Assembly (NCBI GenBank): GCA_002633005.1
Contig: NMRA01000063.1
Location: forward strand, 186,001-250,000
From: Phoronis australis
Lineage: Eukaryota > Animalia > Phoronida
Direction of reading: 5' to 3'
Length of the DNA stretch: 64,000 nucleotides
The stretch's first letter is position 1, and every line of letters begins with the position of its first letter. Below, piece after piece: positions 26,830-39,295 of the stretch. Position numbers and translations under genes: made by a program. The notes under the pieces are model-generated. The model was not told the DNA's origin. It saw only the letters and a program-made list of their open reading frames with translations, and made no database searches.

Positions 26830-29800
26830 CGGTAAAGTCGCGTGATTTTCGGTCACTGAAAATTAATTCCAATAGAAAAAATTCATTCTTGGACGAATCT
26901 CGCGAAACGTCATTTTTGTGGTGTCCGAATTTGGCGGATCTCCACTAATTTGGATTTCCGCACTAGTGCCCGAATTTCGTGGGTGTACATTATTTCGATG
27001 AGCGGTCGTAGTATCAACATTGCTGGCTCGGTCATTTGATAGCAGTATAATTGCAGGTCAGTGATACTCAAATGGTCTGCGCGATTAATTTTTGAAAATC
27101 TGGCTTTCTTAATAAGAAATGTGCGTTGTCGACGCACAAAGACCGTTACCGTTCCCAACAAGTGTTGGTTCTTCTTTTCAAAGATGCGCTTTCTCAATAT
27201 GAAATATTCAGCTGGCATTGCCGATGCTCAAAAACCTTTTTTGGCGAGTGACGGAATCTTTTCAAAAATGCGCCATCTCACTTGAAATATCGGGCTGCGT
27301 TGTGAAAAAAGAGTCATCCTGGTGACAAATATGGGCTTTCCAATGAGAGGGTCTGGTTTGCGTCGTTGACGCACATGAAACGTTGCAGACAACTGATTCT
27401 CTTTTGTAAAAATGCGTTTTCTCAATAAAAAATGTCAAGTTTGCGCTGTCAACGCCTGGTTTCCCAATAAAAAGCTGGACTTGCGTATTCGACGCACAAA
27501 GAGGGTTCCCGACCATCAAAACATGCGCTTTCTCAATTTTAACGAATTTTGCATTAAATGTAACAGTAATGGATGTGGGAACGAGTTCAGTGAAGAAAGT
27601 GATGAACAATGACAAGAATATAGCATAAATTTATGTTTGTTAAACGTATCCATGCATTGTCTGCTGGTTACAAACCGAAACGCAAGTTAACACTGACACG
27701 TTTATTTCCATACTAACTGAAAGCTCAGTTTCAACATGAAAACTTCGAATGAACAATTACCTAAAATAGATAACAAAGACAATCACGATGGTAAAACGAG
27801 TAGTTTCTCATCTACTCGTGATCCCGATTCGTCGTCCTGGTAGTCATCTGAATTGTTGAAGAAGCGCTGTCGTTCTACATGTTTAGGCCTACTGCAAACG
27901 ATGGGAATGCGTCGACTAGTACAGTGCTGCGCGGCTGAAGACACGATTAACTAACATTATAAGGGCGTTGACTAGAAAGCAAATGCAATTTCAAATGCTA
28001 CCAACATCAAATTCACCCAACAGTTTTTTACAATTAAAGCCTTTCTCATCCACAGCCTTTGAAACGCCCGATGTTAACTCAGGGATACACTGGCGCGTCT
28101 TCATGCAACTGAGCTGACATAACACATCTGTGTTCGATTACCTTTCTTACCACAATGAAAACTCTGACTTGTGAAATCTGTTTGTGGATGAAATGAAACT
28201 GACAATCTTTAACAGTTTCTGATAATATGCGTGGAAGATGACACTGGGGCCGTTTCTTCTGATTGTCACCAGTTTAACGCCGTCCACGGTCGTCACCAAT
28301 TTCGCGCATCTCAGTCTCCCTCAGTCACTACTAATTAACGCTGCATTTAAAGCATGAACAATCGCGAGTTAACTGAAGTCTCATTATAAGTACAGAAATG
28401 TTGTTGAAGAAAAACAGTGACTATCTGAAGAGGGGAATACATTACAAAATAAAATATGGAAATACCAAACAAAAATCAAAACAACACTTACCTGTTGCAA
28501 ACGCGAACGTACTGGCCGACTTGCATTAACGGAATGTTAGTTGAACATGTGACGGTAGTAGAACAAAACTGTCCCAATGAAATTTTCATGGTTAACAGGT
28601 TTAAGAAGATCCACCGTAGATTTCCGTATACAAGTCCAGCAGAATATATGCCCAATTTGCATACCTTAAATTTTTTCCCTAAAATATATCTGGGATGCAT
28701 ATCTGAGAATAAAAATGCATTCTTGAAATCTAATAATGGTAGGATATACTTAGGGTGAGCTACAGTATTTATACTGTGTTTGTGTATTCGGCATTGCTGA
28801 GTATAGGCCCTGGTGTATTTTTACATAAGACGTTTGGTTTCCCAAACTTATATACGGAAATCGCTGGTAATACTTCCCAAAATTATTTACCCTTACTGCA
28901 AGTAAGGCATCACCTCGGGTAAAAATAGAACAATAATAATTAGTAATGTAATAGTCATCTCTTTCGAATCAAACACAACTAAATACACTTACAGCTGAAT
29001 GCCTCTAAAACTATCTCAAGTAATACAAAATGCATGGTCTGTAGTTTAAGATCACGTTTCTTTTTTGTCTCAAAACTATCAACTGAAGGCGGTGACATGG
29101 ACAAGAAGAAAAGGTCCTGTGGAAAGTAGATATGGAACACCGGGTCGGAATCATCTATCTGATTCCAGGCCCGTTGCATCGGACTCCAGGTCCTGAATTC
29201 GTGTTAGCCTACCCCTACTGCCACAAGAAGCAATGACTATCAAATCTGATTCAACTGACTTGTCATTTTTCGAAATGATTGGTGGAGGATTTTCTTAGTC
29301 GCCGCAGACAGGGTCCCGGTGTCCTTGTCGGGATTCATCTTAATCTCGGGATACCATGGAGTCCAGCTTGTTGCACCTCAGATGGCATAAGGCGCGAATT
29401 AACACGACCACAAGTACATAGACCAGTGGATGAGCAAGCAAAATTGGGTCGCCGCAAGTTCAATCTTTTTTAGGTTTACATAGGGGTAAAGCTCGTAACG
29501 CTAGGACTTCCCTAAAAAGCAAGAATTCATGAAATTACGCGATATATTGTGTATTTTATTTGAAAACTTGATTTTGGCTAGATTTTTCTATTCCCAAGAC
29601 AGCTACTGAACTCCACCCTAGTCTGCGTCCGGGGGCGCAAGGGTGAGAATTTCACGAGCACGCTAGACTGAGGACTTCGAGACGTATGGTCAGGTATTGC
29701 AAGCGAAGCACACGATCACACTAGCTTCTTTAGCGAGATTCTTGCATCTGCGATGCTTATCAGGGAGTTACAGAGAATTTGTAAGGGTAGTGAAGCGTGG

Positions 29801-31079
29801 TTACGTGGATGTACATTAGTTTTTGATATGTGTTGTAGTACACAACATACACAACATAGCGCGGGAATGTAATGTCTCTGTAACAATTGTGTGTGCGCCG
29901 CGCGCCGTACTGAGTGCTGAGCCTTTCACTGCTAAACACATTACACGAATGAGCACTACCAAGAAGACACAGAAAAACGAAAGACGTTTGAACTGCATAC
30001 AGATTTTTAATGAAATTTTTTCGTTTCAACCCAAAAAATTGCGTTATCAGAAGCACTGAATGTTGTATGAAGTCAGTGGTGACTCATTCCTTGCTAACTG
30101 TCCCATTCAAAATTATTAAAAGCCCAGAACGGCTGCACAAAATTTCAATCATTCGCCGGGATGCAGGTAAGCGGCAGCATAACTTATTGTCCGACGATAT
30201 TTAATCGACTGAAGATCGAGGAACGGAAGCATGAAAACCTTCTGTGCACGACGCAGCCTCCGTCGGTTGGGCTCGCGCGGTGTGCGACTTAATTATGTTT
30301 GCTTTGTAACCAGCTTTACTTTGGCTCCGACTCATTCGGCTGCTGTTGTTCACTATCTACACTACTTTGAACGCTCGATATCCCACGTACAGACTTGCCT
30401 GTAGCTTATTCTGTATGGGGGCCTAAACAAAAAATATTTCTCATCGCGTCGAGGATAAAATCCGGACACGTCGTCGGGAGATATTAGCCACTGACAAGGG
30501 CATTTGCAAAGGGCAGGACGTTTCAAAAATAAAAACGTTTCGTAAAAACGCAAGTTGATGTCAGGCGTGCAAGTTCAGTGTCACAGTCGGAGGTCGAACA
30601 GCATGGCCTAATTAAACCAGAGCACATGTTACGCTACAACAAAAAGTTGCAGCCTTCGATGTACTTCCTATTTGTATTTTAATCAGAAATTTTCGTCATA
30701 CGGGACTCGGTGATTCTTTTCATAGCTAAAGCACCAAACACAAGCTAAACGCAAGACAATCGAGTAACGGTCGTGTCATCGTCAAGACAAGGTAAAAATT
30801 ACCGTCAAAGCCCGTTACACCGATTCTCGGATTCAAGCCTTATAGAGATCCGTTGAACGCTTTAGTGACACGGGAGTTGCGTCAATCCCAAATTAGCGTT
30901 TCTAAAAATTTTAAAGTCGCAGACAAAATTCGGCGTTTATGACAATGTCCGAAATTCGAGAATATTTGAAATACTGTTTTTGGACCTTGTACGAATTTCG
31001 TGGACTATGAAAAACATTTCGGAAATATTTATTATCGGTCGAAAGTGGTGGGCTGTCCGAAAATCACGCGACTTTACCG
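26830..31079. mobile_element. 4.25-kb TA-target TIR element (Tc1/mariner-type ends), no transposase recognised
   Basis: TIR CGGTAAAGTCGCGTGATTTTCGG / CCGAAAATCACGCGACTTTACCG with TA TSD. Removing it restores the GLYTCFH frame of the PLE RT. Internal diverged tandem repeats at about 27080-27540. Confidence 0.88.
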
Positions 31080-31835
31080 TACACTTGTTTTCATAGCTTC
31101 ACATCCTTTGTTTATGAAGTAGGTCTCATTAAAACTCTAACAGACAGGGTGTATCGCATTAACAGCACTTGGGCTAGATTTGATTCTAATATTAAAGAAC
31201 TTACAACGAATTTGCAAAAGAATGGATATCCCCTAGAATTAGTCAATAGGGTACTGAAAGCAAGACTCCAACGTAACCCTGATATTCATCCTGCAGACAA
31301 AACTAACTACAAGTACTTTAAAGTAACCTATGTTGGGTTTTACGCCAAGATTGCTCAACAAAAACTTAACAAATTGGTGAATGATTACTGTGTTGTATTA
31401 ACATTCAAGTCTTATTTAGCCCTAAGGACAAAATTCCTATGGGTCTACGGTCCAGGGTAGTGTACAAATTTATCTGTGCTGGATGTGGCTCCAGGTATAT
31501 AGGTGAAACTGTTCACCATTTGAAAATAAAGATTATGGAACATCTAAATTCTGACAGAGGTTCATGTGTAAATATTCATCTACAGAGCTCCAATCATTGT
31601 TACCAGCAATGCTCTTTCAATGATTTTGCTATAACAGACCTAGCAGAAACAACAAAGAAGCTTAAAATTCGTAAGGCTCTACACTTCAGTTGGTGCCAGC
31701 CCAATCTCAATAGGCAACTGGCACACCACAGGTTGTCATTGTTGGTCTAGTTTATTGTCACTCCCTGTAACTGAGTGGGTCTGTGTTTCATCACTTGTTG
31801 CTGGGCCTAGCTAGGGGGCCACTATATTCTCTCTT

Positions 31836-31880
31836 CTTCTGATGATGGTGTTTGAATAAATGACACCGAAACATGTCAAG
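31836..31880 (+). ncRNA. Minimal type I hammerhead ribozyme motif in the PLE pseudo-LTR
   Basis: CTT-CTGATGA-t-GGTGT-loop-ACACC-GAAA-CATG-TC-AAG: intact core, stem II, palindromic ACATGT stem III and GUC cleavage triplet. Confidence 0.75.
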
Positions 31881-32101
31881 TCGTTTTAAAACCGTGGTTG
31901 TTTTTATTAATTGTTTGTTATGCATGTCATTTAACTTCGAACCAAACACCAAAACTTTTCTCTTGTGGTAAACATCTTTTGTAAACTGTTCATGCTTGTT
32001 AATCATAAAGCTTGTCGGCATTCCTTACACGATAATTGTGTTTGTCTCCAAACTGACGGTATGTATTGCTGGAGAAACTGCATTTTTTGTGTTCTTCTCA
32101 G

Positions 32102-32257
32102 AGTGTTCGATATCCAAGGGAGTCAGTGCTATTCATTTCACATACAAGAGTGATGGAGGGCCTCGCGGCGAGGCTTACATAGAGCTAGATGATGAGGCCA
32201 GCGTCGAGGCTGCGTTAAAGAAGAACAAAGAATATATGAGCAAACGATACGTAGAGG
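32102..32257 (+). CDS. HNRNPH/F-like: hnRNP F/H coding exon 2 (ECSISKGVSAIHFTYKSDGGPRGEAYIELDDEASVEAALKKNKEYMSKRYVE)
   Basis: ttcttctcAG acceptor, G|GTAAGG donor, 156 nt, phase 1-1. GEAY and RYVE qRRM motifs are in frame with exon 1. Confidence 0.95.
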
Positions 32258-33183
32258 GTAAGGACTATGGACCATTGGCTGAGGACCAGGCACTGGTACA
32301 GTTTCGTATCACTGAAATGTATTGGTTTGTTGTGCCATCAATACCTGTCCATCATTAGTCTGCCTTTCCGGATATGATCCTGAATCTGGACCTTAGGAAA
32401 GGTTGCCTGATTGTTTGAAACTGATGCCCAACTTAAAGTTGCTGGATTCGAATAAGACAGTTAAAATTCAAATTAAACAGAATTTTTCATATACATTATA
32501 AGGAATCATAATTTGTATCCGGGAACAAAAATCCATAAATACCTTGTATTTTCTTGCAATAGCTTGCACTAGTGATAAAAAGTCATCTCTGATGGAATGA
32601 AAAATGGGAATTCATTCCCATAATTCACCAAATCTGTCCCATAATGCTTCATGTCAACCTCACCCCCAATCGCAAAGGATGCCACCATTTTTCTAGGACA
32701 GGCTAGTAACCTCCTAAGCATAATTGAGAAATACTCGAGTGAAGAAAGGCTTCTCCACTGGAATAGCAATGTCTCGGATTGAACTCCCATTTATTAGAGG
32801 TAGAAAATATCATTGTTTCGGATCCAATTCCATTTTAGGTAGAAAAACGCATTTTATGGCTGACATAGTGTTCAAAAAGAGTTAGCGCACATTTGAGCAG
32901 ATTTAAACAAATATAGAACAGTAGGTCATGCTTCAGCCAGCTTATCAAATTTATTGCTGTCTATGTTGCTACTGACTTTGTAGCAGTATAACTAAATTGG
33001 CCTTAGAATGACAGTTAAGTCGACAGCAAAATAAAGGCTGAGAAAATGTGCAGCATTGTGGATAAATAGGTTAGGCTCAGTTATGCCGTGGTAAGTTGAT
33101 GTAGTATCTGTGTATATCAGTTGACATTGGTTTTCTAACGACAGTTCAATAATCCCACAATCCCACGGTGTATTCTGTTGCAG

Positions 33184-33321
33184 TATTTCGAACAAAACCT
33201 GGCGAGATGAGTTACGTGCTAGAAAAGAACGGTCCGGTTCTCTCCACAAATGAAGCTGTGTTACGGTTGCGTGGTCTTCCCTTCAGAATTTCCAAGGAAG
33301 AGATCACACAGTTCTTCACAG
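33184..33321 (+). CDS. HNRNPH/F-like: hnRNP F/H coding exon 3 (VFRTKPGEMSYVLEKNGPVLSTNEAVLRLRGLPFRISKEEITQFFT)
   Basis: ttgcAG acceptor, G|GTTTGT donor. RLRGLPF..SKEEI.QFF is the qRRM2 start. Confidence 0.95.
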
Positions 33322-33791
33322 GTTTGTTCTTTACAGAGGCTATGCCAGCTGTTCTACTGCGTTACTTAGTCTTTCAAGGGCTATGCCAGCTGTTATTCTG
33401 GGCTTCTCCATTATACCTTGTTTTGTGCTATTCATTCTCAATTTCAATTCATCAGCAAATATGGTATTAATTTACTTATATAGTTTCAGCAATTAGTTAA
33501 TTATGGTATGACTTGTAACACACGTCACCAATCTAGAGCCAACCGTTTTTAATTCCTTCGGCATGGGATTTTGTAATTGATGTTTGTCACAATCATTGGC
33601 ATTGTACTTTAATGGTCTGGAATCATTCAACCTCTTAAGGTACTTAAAACAGCATCCGTTCTTTGGATACCAGAATCACAAACAGATGGGGAAATGTGCG
33701 TTCCACTCGCCTCATATATGCTCATGTCATTTTGGGCCCTAGCACTTGAGTTGCTTTAAACTGACCTTCCTTTGAACTCACTTTCCAATAA

Positions 33792-36593
33792 AGGGGAATG
33801 CCACACGATTTATTTCGTTTTTTTTACCGTCTTAATCGGTCTATATCGAAATCACCTCGTATACGGTCGATCTCACCTCACCGAGAGGTGCCGCTTTAAC
33901 CTGTGAGGAAGGCGAGTACACGACACAGCGATGTCAGTGGTTCTTCAGCTAAGTGTGTGCCGGTATGGTGTAGCGTATCATTCCCATTGAAACTGCAATT
34001 AAAGCGCGTACCGCATTCGCCCTAATAAGCGCCCACGCCCCTATAAGCGCCCCCCCACGCGTTTTCAGACTTTGCTAAAATATACGCTCAGTCCGTGAAC
34101 ACCATATACATGCGAAAAATGCCTTACCTACAGTTCTAAAATTCTACAGTAACGTCTTCAATTTATATCAGTAAGATCCGACAGTCCTGAAAAAATCACT
34201 GTGCGTGGAATTTGTATACCACGAGCCTCGCTGCTATGTCGGTATTTAGCCGTGACTATACACTTCAAACTTCCGCCGTGCTTCAAAAAGAACGCAAAAG
34301 TTTTGCTGATCTTGCGAAGGACGTGTCCTATTATATGGTCTGTACAGGTGAAAACCGCGAATCGAAAGCTAATAAAAACTTGACCTTTGTTAAAAGCACG
34401 TGGCCAGGAAGCGCTCACTACATGCAGGTACCTGTCATCAAAGATTAGTTTTTGGGAACTATATATTCCTGAAATGGGTAGCATAGCATCGGCAAGGAAT
34501 AAATACCAGCATTTATTTCCGAAAGTTTCTAATACCGTTAAAAAACGTTTGCATTAGTTTTCGGAGGAATTATTAAATTAGTCGTTGTTGGTGTTTTTAA
34601 AGTCAAAGTGACCCACTGTTGATGAACACTTCCGCACCCTTACACCCCCCGAATCTCCCGAAAAATAACTGTTAGACTGTCACGCATCCAGCCACCCAGC
34701 GACCTTACCGAGACAATTCTCGAATGTTATTTAGCAGCTGAGATCAACAAGTACTAAATAAAACACGTTCCTCTTTACTGCTTGTATTAATTTCCTTAGT
34801 TACAATGCACACCTAGATCGTTACATCGCGTTTACGCTGGCAAATAAACTCTGATGACATGCACTTACCCTCTCACTCACACACCCAGACAAACTTCAAA
34901 ACAAACATCACGTGACAACAAAGTGTATTTGTCCGGACATTTTTCTCGTGTTGCGGAGTACGATCTAGCGCAGATTTGGACTTAATATGCAGTAAATCCA
35001 GACTCCATAGGAACTTAAAAGTCTTAGGGACTCTATTTTTAAAACTTAAGAAGGACTTCATGTAATTTGTGAGTCGAAACTATATTTTTACTCAAGAATT
35101 CAAGTTGACCTATCGGCGATGGCAAGGCTGTGATGCATCTGTCGGCGAGTTTTCGCATGAAAAATGCTTGTAATTTAACTACAAAGTTTGATAGCAATGC
35201 ACTGCAATTTTGTAAGAAACTTTGTCATAGGTTACAGATGCATCACAGAGCGTAAATTTGAAGAATTCTTGCTTACAATTTCACCTGTGTCGGAGACTGG
35301 GTTTCAACCACTTTTGGGCTATAATAAGCGCCCTTTTCCCGAAGCGAATTTTTCTAAGCGCCTTGAGCGCTTAATAGGGCGAATACAGTATGTCTTTTTT
35401 TGATTTTCTTGAGAATCTGAAATGCTTGGGAAGTGGTTCGCAGCAGTAAAGAATGAAAGGCACGCAGTTAATATCAAGTACATGGCTGTGAAATATCTGT
35501 GGCCGGCATTGATCTGTTTCAAAATGAGTTATTCTCACCCTAACCAATGTTTAATAAAACTAAAACCAAGTGTCTTGAAAGACTCTCAGTAGACAATTTA
35601 CAATGCGTTTGAAATGTTCGTGAGTGCAAATGTTTTGAGAAACCAACAATGAATAAAACATACTGCGTTAACGGCTTCATATGCAATATAACTTATTGAC
35701 TGGGCAACCAAGGCGGTGTGTGTGCATGCTAATTCAGTATTTGCTGACAGAAAGCTGTTGTGAAACAATAACTTGATTTTATATGCTATAGTCAGACATT
35801 AAGGTAATCTTTATTTAGATATGTATGCATTTTTCGAATCATTGTTATTGTACACCTTTTTGCCCCGTACTGTTCTGTGGAAGGGCAATCTGGCTTCGCA
35901 GCCCTAGGCGGGTAGAATTGCAATTTTCTGGCGTTTTTGCCAAAATATTCACATATACATATTTTCTTTGGTTCAGTAGTCTAGTCTTTCCGTGACTGGA
36001 AGTTTAATTTTTCAATTTTGGCAGTCGACTAACTCAGCAGGTTTATGTTTATGATTTCTCCAGTGTGGCCGCCGGCGACGGGCCTGATCGGGTTTCGAGA
36101 CACTGGGTTACAACGAGCGTTTTGTGTGTTTAGAACTGAAAAAGATAAATCTTGGTAAATCTAACATTACAACATACAGCTCTCCTGTTTGTATTTCATG
36201 GAGGAATAATTCTAAGTTATCACCAAACAGATACAAATTCCCTGCAATCAACCTCGGTAAGTTGGCCTACCAAACCTTGTAGGCTACGGTACGTTCAAAA
36301 TTTCTGTAACTCCGTAACAGAAATAAAACAGCTTGTTTATTTAAAAGCTCATTGTATTTGTAAAGGTTTTGCATCGAATTCTGATTATTTATTAGTGTTA
36401 AGCGATGATGTCAAGCGATAGGCCGACACCAATAAGCGTGTTGTGAACTACTGAACAGACTCCTAGAACCTATGACATCATTGGTTAATTTTATCTGCCA
36501 TCTGGTGTCGGGTAAAAGAACTGAACTTGTTGTTATCGAGTGGAACTACTCAATCTAAATTGATAAGAAATACGTTTTTGGTGGCATTCTCCT
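33792..36593 (+). mobile_element. Non-autonomous Kolobok-like element inserted in a 16-bp minisatellite
   Basis: AGGGGAATGCCAC...GTGGCATTCTCCT with ATAA/TTAA flanks. TTAAACTGACCTTCC units occur on both sides. Same family as 59191-60855 and 61430-61768. Confidence 0.75.
34011..35388 (-). mobile_element. TA-target (pogo/Tc1-like) non-autonomous element with a HIRAN-like coding remnant
   Basis: TIR CCGCATTCGCCCTAATAAGCGC / GCGCTTAATAGGGCGAATACAG with TA TSD. ORF 34158..34484(-) contains FAV..IIGHVLRKIS..FFLKHGG...VT..GIQIP...FSG. Confidence 0.75.
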
Positions 36594-36790
36594 TTAAACT
36601 GACCTTCCATTAAACTGACCTGCCATTAAATTGACTTCCATTAAACTGACCTCCCATTAAACTGACTGCCCATTAAACTGACGGTCCATTAAAATGACCT
36701 TCCGTTAAAAACTGACCATCCATTAAGCTGACCGCTCGTTAAACTGACCTTCCATTAAACTGACCGTCTATTAAACTGACCTTCCATTAA
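36594..36790. repeat. 16-bp minisatellite, about 12 copies
   Basis: Unit TTAAACTGACCTTCCA. Confidence 0.9.
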
Positions 36791-36949
36791 AAAAATAACT
36801 TTTGATTTCGGCCACTTACTATTATGAAAAATTGATCTCAACCCTTACTCAAATTAGCAGTTATTTCTGAGCTTGGAAGAAAATTTAACATTAACGTTAA
36901 TATTTGAAATCAAGCTCAACATATCCACTTATCATGGCGGATCATTTTA

Positions 36950-37633
36950 TTTGTGGAGCTTGGTCTCAACCATCTGTCAATTTGTGGAGCTTGGTCTCAA
37001 CCATCTGTCAATTTGTGCAGCTTGGTCTCAGTCATCTGTCAATTTGTGCAGCTTGGTCTCAACCATATGTCAATTTGTGGAGCTTGGTCTCAACCATATG
37101 TCAATTTGTGGAGCTTGGTCTCAACCATATGTCAATTTGTGGAGCTTGGTCTCAACCATCTGTTGGTTTGTGGAGCTTGGTCTCAACCATCTGTCGGTTT
37201 GTGCAGCTTCGTCTCAACCATCTGTCAATTTGTGCAGCTTCATCTCAACCATCTGTCAATTTGTGCAGCTTTGTCTCAACCATCTGCCAATTTGTGCAGC
37301 TTGGTCTCAACCATCTGTCAATTTGTGCAGCTTGGTCTCAACCATCTGTCAATTTGTGCAGCTTGGTCTCAACCATCTGTCAATTTGTGCAACTTCGTCT
37401 CAACCATCTGTCAATTTGTGCAGGTTGGTCTCAACCATTTGTCAATTTGTGGAGCTTGGTCTCAACCATCTGTCACTTTGTGCAGCTTCGTCTCAACCAT
37501 CTGTCAATTTGTGCAGCTTTGTCTCAACCATCTGTCAATTTGTGCAGCTTCGTCTCAACCATCTGTCAATTTGTGCAGCTTTGTCTCAACCATCTGTCAA
37601 TTTGTGCAGCTTCGTCTCAACCATCTGTCAATT
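36950..37633. repeat. 31-bp minisatellite, about 22 copies
   Basis: Unit TTTGTGCAGCTTGGTCTCAACCATCTGTCAA, head-to-tail with no spacers. Confidence 0.97.
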
Positions 37634-38941
37634 CTCTACAAGCTCATAAACCTCTTCTCACTTGAGTAAGGAACCAGTGCTCACCACCTAAATCACAAAT
37701 TATAAAGCACGCTACTCAACCAAACAGAAATGTGTCAACGTTTTCCCTACCATAACTTCAAAATGATGTTTCTCCCTAAAGAGACCATTCGAGTCATTGT
37801 CAAGTGAACAAGGTTGTCCAAATGCCATGGAAGGGTTAGCCCACCCTTCCAGGGTCGGGCCACTTGTTATCTTGGTTCAGTTTAATGGTAAAAAGCAGTG
37901 GCAAGGAATTGAGAACAGTTTTTTTAAATTCATTGCCATATGTCATGAAATTTCCTTTTTAAGCTTTGGGTAGGAATATGTGGACAAGGGTAGGAATGTG
38001 TGGAAAGAAAAGTCTTTAAACGACATTATCCCCGTTCTTCAAATCTCTGTGCAATTATGCAACAAACTTTTTAATCGTGTCTTGTTTGACGTGGTGCTCT
38101 ATTGGGTCATAGCAGCATTCATTGACATGGTCAGTTTGTAGGTTTAAATCAAAGTTAGCATGCAACTTGATACACTATGAGCTGAACTAAATATATTCCA
38201 GGATTATACAAGATATTAACTTTATGTGTTTGGTATGTAAACCAACTTAAGCAGTGGGCGGTTGAAGTATTATCTGAAAGGATTTTATGGCATTATACCA
38301 ACTGTTGTTCAAAGCAAAATCACAAACCTCAAAGCTAGCAGGACGAATCTTGCCGTTCAAACAACAAGTAAACTCTGGTTGGTTCATGATGTAATCATGC
38401 CTAATTATGAATTCTTACTTGCTTGCCATACTTAAAAACTTAAAGGATTGCAACCCTAAGTGCAAACCAGTCATTATTTTTCAAAGAAGGTACTGGGTGT
38501 GGTTTAAAGAAGGCACTGGGTGTGGTTTAAAAAGAATGCAAGTTACAGGCTGATGATTGGTCAATCATTTTGAACTGCCTGTCTGTTTAAGATTGCACTA
38601 CCTGATAAATACCTTCCAATATCAGGTTACCAGATTACTTAACACTTTTACCTTAGAAAGTTATTCGCTTTCGTAATGGCTGTATAGTAAAGTATACATT
38701 TATAGTCTTAGGGTAACACTCGGAATTTTTTGTTCAGTCACATCTTATATAAATGATTGTGTGCACCCCACCTGTTGGCATCATTTTGGCTATTATTGCC
38801 TCTGGGTTTCTCTGACAACTAATCGCATTGCTTCCTTTGATTTGTTGTATTCTTTATAACCAGTCGAGGAGTAGTTGGTGTTCTACTATTCTATTCTATG
38901 TTTATTCAGCCTAGCACAGAATTATATGAATTGTTCTTATT

Positions 38942-38972
<31 letters not shown>

Positions 38973-39156
38973 GTATATATTCAACCATGAATAGTCTTGT
39001 AGCAGTTGTTCAGCGAAATTAAGTTATCGAACCAATCAGCTAAGAATTTAGTAAGCTTTCTTGTAGTCATTCAACCAATCGGAAAATCTCATTGCTGTAT
39101 ATGTTAACCAATCAGAAACTGTTGTGATGCCGTGTCTATTGGGTTGGCTCTCTCAG

Positions 39157-39295
39157 GGTTGGAGATAGTGCCCAATGGGATCACAATCCAGGAGGACGGC
39201 GCGGGGTACTCAACGGGGGATGCCTTTGTACAGTTTGCCAGCCAAGACATTGCTGATAAGGCATGTCAGAAACACAAGGAAACCATCGGGAACAG
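39157..39295 (+). CDS. HNRNPH/F-like: hnRNP F/H coding exon 4 ([47 protein letters not shown])
   Basis: [10 protein letters not shown] and AFVQFASQ are hallmark hnRNP F/H qRRM2 sequences. 139 nt, phase 1-2, weak donor AG|GTACTC. Confidence 0.97.

Larger units (their letters stand above)
26605..31910 (+). mobile_element. 5'-truncated Penelope-like retroelement (RT C-terminus plus GIY-YIG endonuclease) with inverted pseudo-LTRs, split by a DNA transposon
   Basis: EVDNILPFLDVLV and HKKTYTGLY (26740-26830) continue as TCFHSF..GLIKTLTDRVYRIN..LQKNGYP (from 31082), then VVYKFICAGCGSRYIGET..EHL. 26605-26700 is the reverse complement of 31803-31910. Confidence 0.9.

Noticed and set aside
36873-37669. 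Three long overlapping ORFs (238-258 aa), or a possible CRISPR array
   Set aside because: This is a 31-bp head-to-tail minisatellite without stops on the + strand. It has no unique spacers and no cas genes, and lies in an intron.
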